A DNA stretch of 64,000 bases from Rhizophagus irregularis (lineage: Eukaryota), in contig NC_089434.1 in assembly GCF_026210795.1 (NCBI RefSeq), forward strand, positions 4,712,001 to 4,776,000, in the 5' to 3' direction. Below the pieces are notes generated by a model. It had not been told where the DNA came from. It did not search any database and was given only the letters and a program-made list of their open reading frames with translations. Of this stretch, positions 52,609-64,000 are shown piece by piece (positions within the stretch are counted from its first letter, which is position 1; each line of letters starts with the position of its first letter). Position numbers and translations under genes: made by a program.

Positions 52609-54112
52609 ATGAGTTCTTCCAGTTTTCTCCCAAGCAATAATGATAAAACTGTCCTGACTCAACCAGCAACTTTTCATATACAACCACATTCTAAACAAAA
52701 GGTTTCTTATTTTCACCATAAAGATGTCGGAAACTTTCATTTTGGTGTAAGTTATCTAGAAACTAGCTTTAATGTTACCGTTAATTTTTAAATATTTATG
52801 TCCCACATAAAACAGTTACAACATCCAATGAAACCTCATCGTTTGGCTTTAACGAATAATTTGGTTTTAAGTTATGGCCTTCATAAAAAAATGACGGTTT
52901 ATTGTCCGCCTAAAGCGACCGATGATGAATTAATGGAATTTCATGAAGTAGATTATATTAAATTCTTGAAAAAAGTAACACCGGAAAATTCTGAAGAATT
53001 CGCTATAGATTTTCCTAGGTTCAACATAAATGCGGATTGTCCAATATTCGAAGGATTGTATGATTTTTGTCAGATATATGCAGGTGCTTCAATAGCTGCG
53101 GCACATCATTTAGCATCAGATGGAGCTGATATATGTATTAATTGGAGTGGAGGATTACATCATGCGAAAAGGTATGAGGCTTCAGGATTTTGTTTCGTGA
53201 ATGATATAGTTTTGGCGATTCAGCATTTACTAAGGTTCGTAAAAAAAAAAAAAATAATAAGTTTTTTTTGAATGAATTGTATATTTTACTCAAAAGTATT
53301 TCATCATTAAAAGGTTTTATCCACGCGTTTTATATATTGACATTGATATACATCATGGTGATGGTGTGCAAGAAGCATTTTTTGCCACAGATCGAGTTAT
53401 GACAGTATCATTTCATAAATATGATGGTAGCTTTTTCCCTGGAACCGGAAATACAAGCGAAATTGGTTGCGGATTAGGCAAATTCTTTTCTCTAAATGTA
53501 CCTCTGAAAGATGGAATTGATGATAATAGCTATGTTACATTATTCAAGGAAGTTATGTTAGATGTAAGAGATCATTATCAACCAAGTGTTGTTGTATTAC
53601 AATGTGGAGCAGATTCTCTCGGAAAAGATAGATTAGGAGGTTTTAATATAAGTATTAAAGCTCATGGGGAGTGCGTAAGATTTATAAAAAGTTGGCAGGT
53701 TCCCTTGTTAGTTCTTGGAGGTGGGGGTTATAGAATTCCTAATGTAGCAAGATGTTGGACTTATGAAACTGGAATATTACTTGATACTGAATTACAGTCT
53801 GAATTACCACAAAAGACTCATTATTATAATTTTTTTGGTCCAGATTTTTCATTACATCCACCGCTTGTAAGAAAGATAGACGATTTAAATAAAAGAAGTG
53901 ATTTAAAACAAATTTATCAGGAAGTTCATGAATTGTTGAGATTTTTAGATGGGGCTCCAAGTGTTCAAATGCAAGAACTTCCGGGGAATTTACAAAGTAT
54001 ATTTAATGGAATTGATGAGGAATTTAGAGATGTTGGTTTTAGAGGTAGGAAACCTTTAATGTGGAATGAAAATGAATATTTCGACGGAGATAGTGACAAC
54101 GATAAATGGTGA
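52609..54112 (+). CDS. HOS2: Class I histone deacetylase (Hos2/HDAC3-like), 451 aa, 3 exons
   Basis: Exons 52609-52746, 52816-53234, 53314-54112 join in frame (1356 nt). Motifs [80 protein letters not shown]. Subfamily call is by motif only. Confidence 0.93.
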
Positions 54113-56304
54113 TATGATTTTATGGAATCTTAGTGATTGGTAAGATGTTTATATCAGTTTTTATTCATTTTCGTTTCAAAATAAAAATTACACTTGGCTA
54201 AAGGACAATCTAATTCAATTTATTGGACAAAATAAGCATATCATTAAGAAATTGGGCTTTAAAGGACGTTGACTAAAATAGACAAAAAAATAAACTTGGA
54301 TATTTGCAGCTAATTGTTCTAATTATCATATATTTGGTTTCTAATCCTTTCACGAATTTTTATTGTTTATGTCACCATCGAACATTATAGTATCATAACA
54401 TATTCGAAAGAGTGCAATTCGAACTATATTTTCTGGAAATTCTATTAAATTTACTTAAAGAATAATATATTCAACCTAGGCTTCTTTCATCAGCTCAAAT
54501 CCCGAGTATGCCTACAACCATAACTAGCAGTTGTTACAGCAAGACTGTTTCCACTAGATTCACGAGTAAGACAGAATTTGTACACCAAATAATCTATAAT
54601 AAATAATAAATAATAAATAATAAAAGATTAAAGCTAAAGTTTCCGCATCAATCCCTTCAATATATATATAATTTGAATGCGGCTAATAAATCTGATAACA
54701 TATTTAAAAAATCATGAGCAACAACTCGCGATTTGTGTCCAAATTGTTTTCGTTTAACGAAACTCCCATGTACTAGGTACAATGATGGTCCTAATCATTT
54801 TGTCATAATTGAGCTTGTAAGTGAAAGAGCAAGATAACGGCTTGATTTTCTAAATAATCTTTATTTTAACCATATTATCAAGATTTTATTAATAAAATCA
54901 AATGTGTTGGATACAACGTTTGAACCAGTTTGAAACCGTTTAGCTCTCTTTAATTATTTAATTTCGGCTGTTTATCTTTCCTCTTATAACGTCTTTCGGT
55001 GATAAATAATTCTTGATGAAAGACATTGTATTGCAACGCAAACACTGTAGGATGTGTAAACAGTGTTGGCTGTTCAGCTGCAATCATTCCTAAAAAAGCA
55101 TTAATGTTAAAGTCTTTTTTAATATATTTGATCTTTATTCAACACATATCACTTTTAATAAAAAAAACATATAATATTTTTTATGAAATTATACCTTCTT
55201 TATTATACTAACAAGTGTACTAAAATAACAATAGAAAATCTCAATTAATTTGACCAAATTTTTTTATCGTATCATCACTATTGTATTATAAATTTAATTT
55301 CAATATAATTATAGCTCAAGCATCAAAACCGCGTGAAATTGTTAATTGTTATTCATGTTGCTCTTACTGTTCATACCCAGCGATGAATTCTTTAACAGTA
55401 TGACATCGTCAATTTCCGTCAATTATCATTAAATCTTATGAATCTTCTTTGTATATTTTTTTTTCTTCTACATTAGAATATCTTCCCTTGAATAACAATT
55501 TTTTTTTTTATCATCATGCCTTCACTAGTCAATACACCAATTCTTTTCTTTTAGTTTGTTGTGTCGCAATCATATCTAAGTGATCGAACAAAGGATGAAA
55601 TTTGATTCATTATCTGCCGGTGAAGCTGCCAATGATAAATATATTACAAATAATTCGATATACTTGAACTTTGAATTTTTTAAATTTTTCACGTATGGAA
55701 TAACATTTTGCTTACCTCCTCTTTTTTTAGATTTTCTTTTAAAAGCCCATCCACTTGATAATGCAAGTCGAACTGAACACGTTAACAAAGTAGTAAAACC
55801 AATGTATAAGCCGAAATCTTAGAAGGAAGCAACACCTTGAGGATCCTTACGGTTATGATAATGTATCATGTGCGTTATATGCAACGTTTTCTATTAAAAT
55901 AATTAAAAAATATATATCTTATGGAGCGTTAAATCAATAACCAACAACACTTTCTATCTTCTCTTAGATTTGTTCTTTCTTTTAATTTATAGATTTACTT
56001 TTTTATTTTATTTTTTTTAAGTTACAGTACAAATTACATAGAAACTACATACTAGAGTCAAAAGTAATTCAAACAATCTGTAAGCCAAACCGCGATAATG
56101 CCGGCGTCACCTTGGTTGTAAAGAAACGAAAATGGGTGACTTTTTCGTATTACCGTATATCACGCATGATAATTTTTTAGGTCTTAAATAATAGTAAATG
56201 TGTGATGATAATCTATATGACGTAATGCGTCAAAAATATCAGAAATATTTTACGCAATAATAATTTGATCCTATTTGGCTGCATAATAACAATAACTAAA
56301 GGTG

Positions 56305-59300
56305 ATGCAATTTTTTATGAAGAATATAATATATAACAGGTTTATTCTTTTACATATTTTATAATATGAATAAAATTCTGAGTTTAATATCTAATTCATG
56401 TTTTTTTTTGATGTTAATATTTGCTTCTAAAAATCTATGTACACATTATATTCACCGAGGTTAGATAAATTTATTCCAAAAAAAAAGGAGTTTAAAATAA
56501 AAAAATACGAGTAATATTAAAAAAAAATCATTTATCGTCATGAGAATAGAAAAGATGAAGAAGAAAATCGGAGAGGAAAGAAAATAGAAAATACAATTAA
56601 AGAAGATTTAATGTAGCAATACTTGTGATTCGTCTATACTATGTGAGGAACTCTAGATTAGGTGAAAGCAGAGCCTACTCCAGGAGTTAAAGAAATTTCG
56701 TTATTTATTCACTGTGGTAGGGTTTTGGCGAATTCTTTTACGTTGGGGTTTTTCACGTGACCGTTCTTGTCTTTTACTCTTATGACGGTGATGACGTATC
56801 CCGGCGGTGTTCTTGGAACATCGATGGTTTCAAGACCAAGGCGTATTGATCAATTTTCAATTTTTGACATTTCTTCACTTGTTTGTTTAAGAAGACTGTT
56901 CTTTTATGCGCCTTGAATATCCTAACAAAAGAAAAAGAAGTCATTTGATCTTTTAGTAAATAGTTTATCAAATTACCATGAAAGACGACATTCAAGATAG
57001 TAAATAATTTTTTATCATAGATTACCTTGAAGGATAGGATATATAATATTTTTTTTTTTTTGATCGCGAACGTAACTTCGTCCCTTTCCTAGGAGTACGC
57101 AACGTCTGGTAGTCGGCTTGCTTCTTTTTTCTCGAGAGGACGAAAGGAGCGCCGATATTTGATTCTTGGTGTGGATTTTTTTTTTTATCACGAACGTAAC
57201 TTCGCCCCTTTCTTAGGCGTACGCAACGTCTGGTAGTCGGCTTGCTTGGGCATTGCTATTGTGAGTAATAAAACAAAAGAAAAAGAAATCATTGATCTTT
57301 TAATAAATAGTTTTTTATCAAATTATCATGAAAGACGACATTTCAAAAGAAAAAGAAGTCATTGATAATAAATAATTTTTATCATAAATTACCTCGAGAA
57401 CACAATGATCCTTTTATTTCAACTTTGTAAACTTTAAAACTTAACCGAAAGCACCTTTTCTTTGCGCGTTGACGTGCAAATTCTCGATCTTCGGCTTTCA
57501 TGATTCTTTTCTTGCTATTCTTGTTCCTATTAACACAATTTTAAAAATTAGCCATATAATAAAAGTTGGTCAGTTTGCTATTTAATCTTTTTGCAGCAGC
57601 TGCCGCGGTTTTTCGTCAAAAACTGCCCGCACAACTATACAAAATCACCAAAACCACCATACCCTTTTACAGTTACCACGAAACACGATCCTATTTCAGT
57701 AACTTGCAATTTTGTATATAAATAGGGGTCTTAGGAACGAGAAAAGAAAAGAAAAGAAAAAAGATGAAAGCGAAGGAAAGAGAAGTTGCTCGTCAACGCG
57801 AAAGGAAAGGAAAGGTTTCGAAAAAGTTTTAAAGTTTAACGACTGTTTAGACTTAGAGTAAGACCTATATTTATATACATACTGAATTAGGATCGTTTTC
57901 GTATTTTCTTTTTTTTTTGTGAAGTTGGAAGTTGTGTGAAGAACTTTAGATTGTTGATTCGTAACTAGTGAATTTAGGATCATGTTTCGTGTTTTGTAAC
58001 TGTAAAAGGGTATGGTGATTTTGGTGATTTACTGAATTAGGATTTAAGATCGTGTTTCGTATTTAGTCAGTTACGTAAAATCGGTCACGATCCTAATTTC
58101 ACCTAATTCAGTAAATCACCATAATACTTTGTAACACATGTAATAACAAATTGCGCGACGTGAGGCGTATGCAATTTTTTTATGAAGAATATATAATATA
58201 TAACAGATTTATTCTTTTACATATTTTATAATATCTGATATGAATAAAATTCTGAGTTTAATATCTTATTCATGTTTTTTTGTTCACCGAGGTCAGAAAA
58301 TTTATTCCAAAAAAAAGGGAGTTTAAAATAATAAAATTAAAATAAAATCAGAAGTTAGAAAATACAATTAAAGAAGATTTAATGTAGTGATTCGTCTATA
58401 CTATGTGAGGAACTCTGGATTAGGTGAAAGCAGAGCCTACTCCAGTAGTTAAAAAAATTTCGTTATTATTCACTGTGGTAGGGGGGTTTTTTGACGAATT
58501 CTTTTTACGTTGAGTTTTTTCAATCTCACGTGACCGTTCTTATCTTTTACTTTTATGACGGTAATAACACGTGTCCCGGCGGTTGCTCTTGGAACATCGT
58601 CGTCTCCCGATGTTTTCAAGACCAAGGAAGGCGTATTGATCAATTTCAATTTTTGACATTTCTTCACTTGTTTAAGAAGACAATGTTCTTTTATTATGCG
58701 CCTTGAATATCCTAACAAAAGAAAAAGAAGTCAATTGATCTTTTAGTAAATAGATTATCAAATTACCATGAAAGACGACATTTCCAAAGAAAAAGAAGTC
58801 ATTTATAGTAAATAATTTTTTATCATAAATTACCTTGAAGGATAGGATATTTTTTTTGATCGCCGTCCCTTTCCTAGGAGTACGCAACGTCTGGTAGTCG
58901 ACTTACTTGGGCATTGCTATTGTGAGTAATAAAATAAAAGAAAAAGAAATCATTGATCTTTTAATAAATAGTTTTTTATCGAATTATCATGAAAGACGAC
59001 ATTTCAAAAGAAAAAGATGTCATTGATAATAAATAATTTTTATCATAAATTACCTCGAGAACACCCTTTTGTAAACTTTAAAACTTAACCGAAATCACCT
59101 TTTCTTTGCGCGTTGACGTGCAAGCTCTCGATCCTCGGCTTTCATGATTCTTTTTCTTGCTATTCTTGTTCCTATTAACACAATTCTAAAAATTAGCAAT
59201 ATAATTAAAAGTTGGTCAGTTTGCTATTTACCCTTTTTGCAGCAGCTGCCGCGGTTTTTCGTCAAAAGCTGCCCGCATAACTATACAAAATCACCAAAAC

Positions 59301-59832
59301 CACCATACCCTTTTATAGTTACGTTATTACGTTCACGAAACACAGTAACTTGCAATTTTGTATATAAATAGAGGGTCTTAGGAACGAGAAAAAAAAAGAA
59401 AAGAAAAAAGATGAAAGCAAAGGAAAGAGAAGTTGCGCGTCAACGCGAAAGGAAAGGAAAGGTTTCGAAAAAGTTTTAAAGTTTAACGACTGTTTAGACT
59501 TAGAGCAAGACCTCTATTTATATACATACTGAATTAGGATCGTTTTCGTATTTTCTTTTTTTTTTTTTGTGAAGTTGGAAGTTGTGTGAAGAATTTTAGA
59601 TTGTTGATTGATTGTTGATTCGTAACTGGTAAATTTAGGATCGTGTTTCGTGTTTTGTAACTGTAAAAGGGTATGGTGATTTTGGTGATTTACTGAATTA
59701 GGATTTAAGATCGTGTTTCGTATTTAGTCAGTTACGTAAAATCGGTCACGATTCTAATTTCACCTAATTCCATAATACTTTGTAACACATGTAATAACAA
59801 ATTGCGCGACGTGAGGCGTATGCAATTTTTTT
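56305..59832. repeat. Tandem duplication: unit 1 56305-58168, unit 2 58169-59819
   Basis: Colinear high-identity copies with indels; ATGCAATTTTTT is present at all three junctions (56305, 58169, 59820). Confidence 0.95.
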
Positions 59833-59995
59833 AATAAAAAAAGTAGTACTAACGTAAAAAGAATATTAAAACATGTAAAATTCCGTAGTATAGAAAATAG
59901 ACGTGTTGTTTGTCAAATTTTATATACTATTTCTGTGGGTGGTATATCAATCATTACATCATAACCCATCTCTTTAATCATAAATTTGAATAAAA

Positions 59996-62182
59996 ATTTC
60001 GATCTGGATAGAACAAAGATAGAACCGTTATCCGGATATCGTAATTGTTGCGCCACTACTATCACTACTATAATGATGGATTTAAATTTAAAATTTAAAA
60101 TTTTATTATCCGGATTTCTGGTTAAAATCTGGATATTTTTACAATAACCGGATATTTTATTCCGCAATTATTCCGCAATCATCCGGATATTCGAGAAAAT
60201 AAAATTATCCGGTTGAAAATTTCCAGCCTTCTTTTTTTTTAAAAAAAAAATTCTCGTTGATATTTACGCATTGACATTATCATATGGTCGGCTTTTTATT
60301 TTTCTCAGAAGGCAGAAAAGCCTCTAACAAGGTAAATTCAAGAATTCTTAGTTGTGAAACAATTTTTCAACCAATTTTACTTTTCAATTTCTTTGTATTA
60401 CAATATAGATTAAAGAATAAATGAGAAATCTAGAACTTAATCAAACCATTTTAAGCCATAAATCAATAAATAAACTGGTTGAGAACAATCAGGCCATAAG
60501 GGGATGCTGTGTAATAAGCGACGCGTCCTGTAATTGATTCTTATGAGAATGAGATGATTCTTATGAGTTGATCCTGAGTCGAAATAGAATATTCACGGGA
60601 TGAACCAATTGAACAATTTTTTTTGAAAGACTTGATGATATACAGTAAATATTTACTAAAAATAGATAATAAATTTTCTTATCACGATAACAAAATTAAA
60701 CTTAATAATTTTTATGCCTTTGGGTAATAACTATTACCCAAGGTTTTTACACAAATAAAAAAATTAAACGAAAGGGAGTATACCCTGTTATATAAAATAA
60801 GATAAATAATCATGTTCCTAATCATTTAAATCCTTTTCATTGTTCCTGAATTCAGTTTTTTGTACAATAACTTTTGACAATAAATAATAAATGATGCAGA
60901 TCGTACAACGACAAAATGAACTAATAATATGATGGGTTGACGACATATTACACTAAGATTTTGCGATAGCAAGAATTGTTGGACAAAAATAAAAAAAAAA
61001 GAGAATATTCTAAAACAAAGGAGAAGTTATATTTAAGAATTCGATTTACCGATTTAAACTACGATTTATTTTATTTAACCAATAATATTATTTTAGAAGA
61101 ATTTTTGACAATATACGTTCAATTTAAGGAAATCAATGTTAATAAAATTAAATTGTACAATACTTAATAAATAATTTAGGTTAGAATCGTGTAATTATAT
61201 GGAAAAATAAATTTTATATCTCAAATGAGGAAATAAATATTAGAATAATTTTAAGAAATGTATCATGGAAACAATGTAATAGATTTTTAGAGATGTTATA
61301 ATCTAATAATTTAATATCATGGAATAGAATAATTCTAAGAAATGTAGTAAATCAAAATACGATTTACTACAAGATTTGAAAGAGTTTTATTACGGGGCGC
61401 GATGAGGGGATATTGAAATATTCTCTTTTTTTCGCACCCCGTTTGAGAAATTATCAAACAATGCTTAATAATTTCATTGATATATAATAATAGTACGATA
61501 ATTTTTATTTAGAAAAAGTGAGATTAATGTGCAAGTGTTGTTTGAGATTCATTTTTTATTTGGAAAATAATTATTTTTTATTTTTTTTTCCTTGTTGATT
61601 TTTTAACTACGAGCCTATTTATAATGTAGCTAAATCTGTCAATTTAATTGCCTATACGACATATTTAGAAGTTTAATGTTCGAATTTAAAGAAAACAAAA
61701 TTGAGAGGAAACACAAATAAACCGAACGTATATTTCTGTGATCCCTAATTTAATTTGACACGAGTTTTAAATTAAGCTTTATTTAATAATTGATAAAACT
61801 TTGATAAAGAACAATGTTAAAAAAATTATATGCGATTGTAAAGACAATGGTAAAATAACGGAGAAAGGTTAGAAATTTTTTTTTTCTTTTTTCTATTGTT
61901 ATAAATGATGATAATATTTTCATGAAACATAATCATTTATAGTGATATATAAAAATTACTATACTTGGAAACAAAAAATTGACAAAATCAGTTTAATTAG
62001 TTTAATTAGTATTTTATTAATTGTTCTCGTTACTATTCCTTATACTACTATGATTTTATAATTTAAAATAAGATTTCATAAAATGAAATGAAATAAAAAA
62101 AAAAAACTTTACTATTATCAAAACATCGGATGGGTCACTTGCATACCCTGATTATATTGCATCCATACAAGTTATTATACAA
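59996..62182 (-). repeat. Right arm of the ~2 kb dispersed inverted repeat (partner 7803-9820)
   Basis: Reverse complement of the left arm, with private insertions at ~61180-61444 and ~61466-61595. Confidence 0.93.
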
Positions 62183-63553
62183 GATTATTGGATCATTGCC
62201 TGTTTTTATTTTATTGATATCAATTTTTGGTAAATTTATCAAAGTAACAGGTCATTCAATGAGAAAAAATTTTGATTGAGTAACATTTTGTGGGAAAGTT
62301 ATAATCAAAATTTAGAATGCCGATCGTTTATCTATTTCCTAATCGAACGCACAAAAAGAAAAATAAAATTGTAATTATTGTTCCATTTTGATTTTTCACG
62401 AACAAATAAAAATATTTTTTTTTGATAAATAATATTATTCGTTTGATAAAAGATAAGCCATAATTGGATAATTATTTAGAAACTCCGTTGAAAATTGTCA
62501 CTAAAAAACTTAAAAAATTTTAACATATTTATTTATAAATAGGTTATCATTAAAAAAGATTTAGGGGAAACAAATAATTTGGGGTTCAAAAATAATGTTG
62601 GCGTTTAATGATTGATTTTTGAATTATTGAAAAAAGGAAAATTGAATGTAATATGATAAGTTACACGTTTCTATGAAGTTGTATGTTTTTTATTCTTACT
62701 ACTGAAATTTTTAATGATTTTATTACTTAATAAAATTACCTAAATTAAATAATATAAAGTCATAATCATTTCTTTTACTCACTTTTATTTATTTTCTTTG
62801 ATCAGATGAAAAAGTTTTTATATATTTTAAAGTTAGAATTACAAAATCTGTGCATCCAATAAAGCCATAAAGGAACAAATCTTCCTTATCTTCTCATCAG
62901 CTTTAATGTAAATATACATATTTTACTGCTGCAAAAATCTCGTGTGCAAAACCTTATTTATACACAAATTACTGTTTTAATTTATATGTCATACATATTA
63001 ATACTATCATTAAATGCAAATCAATGAATTTCGTTTATTTATGTAAATCAAATACTTTAAAATCTTTATTAGAGATCAATAGTAATAACGAACTGACACT
63101 GACTTGCTGATCGAAAATCGTCAGTTCTTCATAATTTACAGAAATAATATAGAAAAAGTGATTTTGAAACTTGTGCAATTTCTATCATCTTTTGTATTAT
63201 CGCTAGAAAAACAAAACTTTTGTAAAAATAAGGGTGATAGATTATTGTATCAAATGATCAAATACGATTATATTGTATGTTACATGTAATTGTTTATAAT
63301 AAATAGTAATGATTATGATATATACTTATATATATTTATATTATATTAAAAATATTCTTACACTGTAAATTTACAATATTATACATATATATATATATTA
63401 AATAAAAAATTTATACAATAAAACAATATTTAATTAATCGGATATGTAATTCCGAGAATTTCTTATATAAATGTTGTAAATAAATTCTGAAATTATTTTT
63501 TTTTAAAAAAAAAATAAAAAAAAATATATTATATATTTATTTTTCCATCAAAA

Positions 63554-63767
63554 ATGTCTTCTGATTCTGCTCCCCCGACTCCCCCTCCTTCTCCAAGCCA
63601 ATTCAACCTAATGCCATCGCCACCTCCTTCTCCTCTTCCTCCCCAATCGCCTCCTCCTTCTCCGCCTCCTTCACCACGGCCGTTGCAATATAGATATAGA
63701 AGCATTCCCTACTCTACACCAGTAGTGCACCGGAGGGCTTATAGAAAAATAATAACTCGATCTTCGA
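63554..63767 (+). CDS. Proline/serine-rich first exon of a gene probably continuing beyond the window
   Basis: AAAATG context, GC-rich PPSP repeats, ends at a GTAAGT donor (63768) that also contains an in-frame stop. Confidence 0.55.
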
Positions 63768-64000
63768 AGTAAGTAAATATTGTTTGATTTAACTATACTT
63801 CTTATACTTTATTACAAGAAGCTTACGCTGCGTCTTTTTTTCATTCAGTAGAAGAATAAGAATTTAAATTTTTTTAAAAAAAAAAAAAATTTTATTTTAA
63901 ATTTCGGCTGGTAAGGTCCAAAGTTTGAAACTTTGTGAAACTTTTATTATTATATTATTATTATTATTGACTAATTTAATTTATTTTTATTCTTTTTGTT

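Noticed and set aside
54200..55850. Intact gene convergent with the HDAC
   Set aside because: Only stop-ridden fragments, part resembling a repetitive family (LSSGWAFKRKSKKRGG); no consistent exon chain.
7803..62182. Starship-type element
   Set aside because: No tyrosine-recombinase captain gene at either end and no recognisable direct-repeat target site.
1..64000. tRNA or rRNA genes
   Set aside because: No cloverleaf or rRNA-like conserved segment was recognised by eye; tRNAscan-SE/Infernal would be needed to exclude them.

Overview
Very AT-rich eukaryotic DNA with short GT-AG introns, single-exon F-box/LRR genes and dense decayed DNA transposons. This is most consistent with an arbuscular mycorrhizal fungus (Glomeromycota, Rhizophagus-like); that assignment is an inference from gene families and composition, not a database result. 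Apparently intact genes: a 2-exon hypothetical gene (4887-5654, -), two F-box/LRR genes (11430-12866; 19120-20832), an 8-exon SRA-like + Cys-rich + AlkB 2OG-Fe(II) dioxygenase gene (40065-42577), a convergent 5-exon RTC4-domain gene (43556-44799, -), a 3-exon class I HDAC of the Hos2/HDAC3 type (52609-54112), and a proline-rich first exon at the right edge. Mobile or decayed DNA includes a pogo-like element with two nested insertions whose TSDs can be read exactly, a degenerate Helitron, further pogo and MULE relics, and several decayed host-gene fragments (UTP13-like, Zn2Cys6). The most unusual structures are ~2 kb inverted repeats 50 kb apart, a triplicated F-box promoter with F-box-only micro-ORFs, and a 1.7-1.9 kb tandem duplication holding interleaved inverted repeats and head-to-head basic micro-ORFs. 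All domain assignments come from motifs read by eye.
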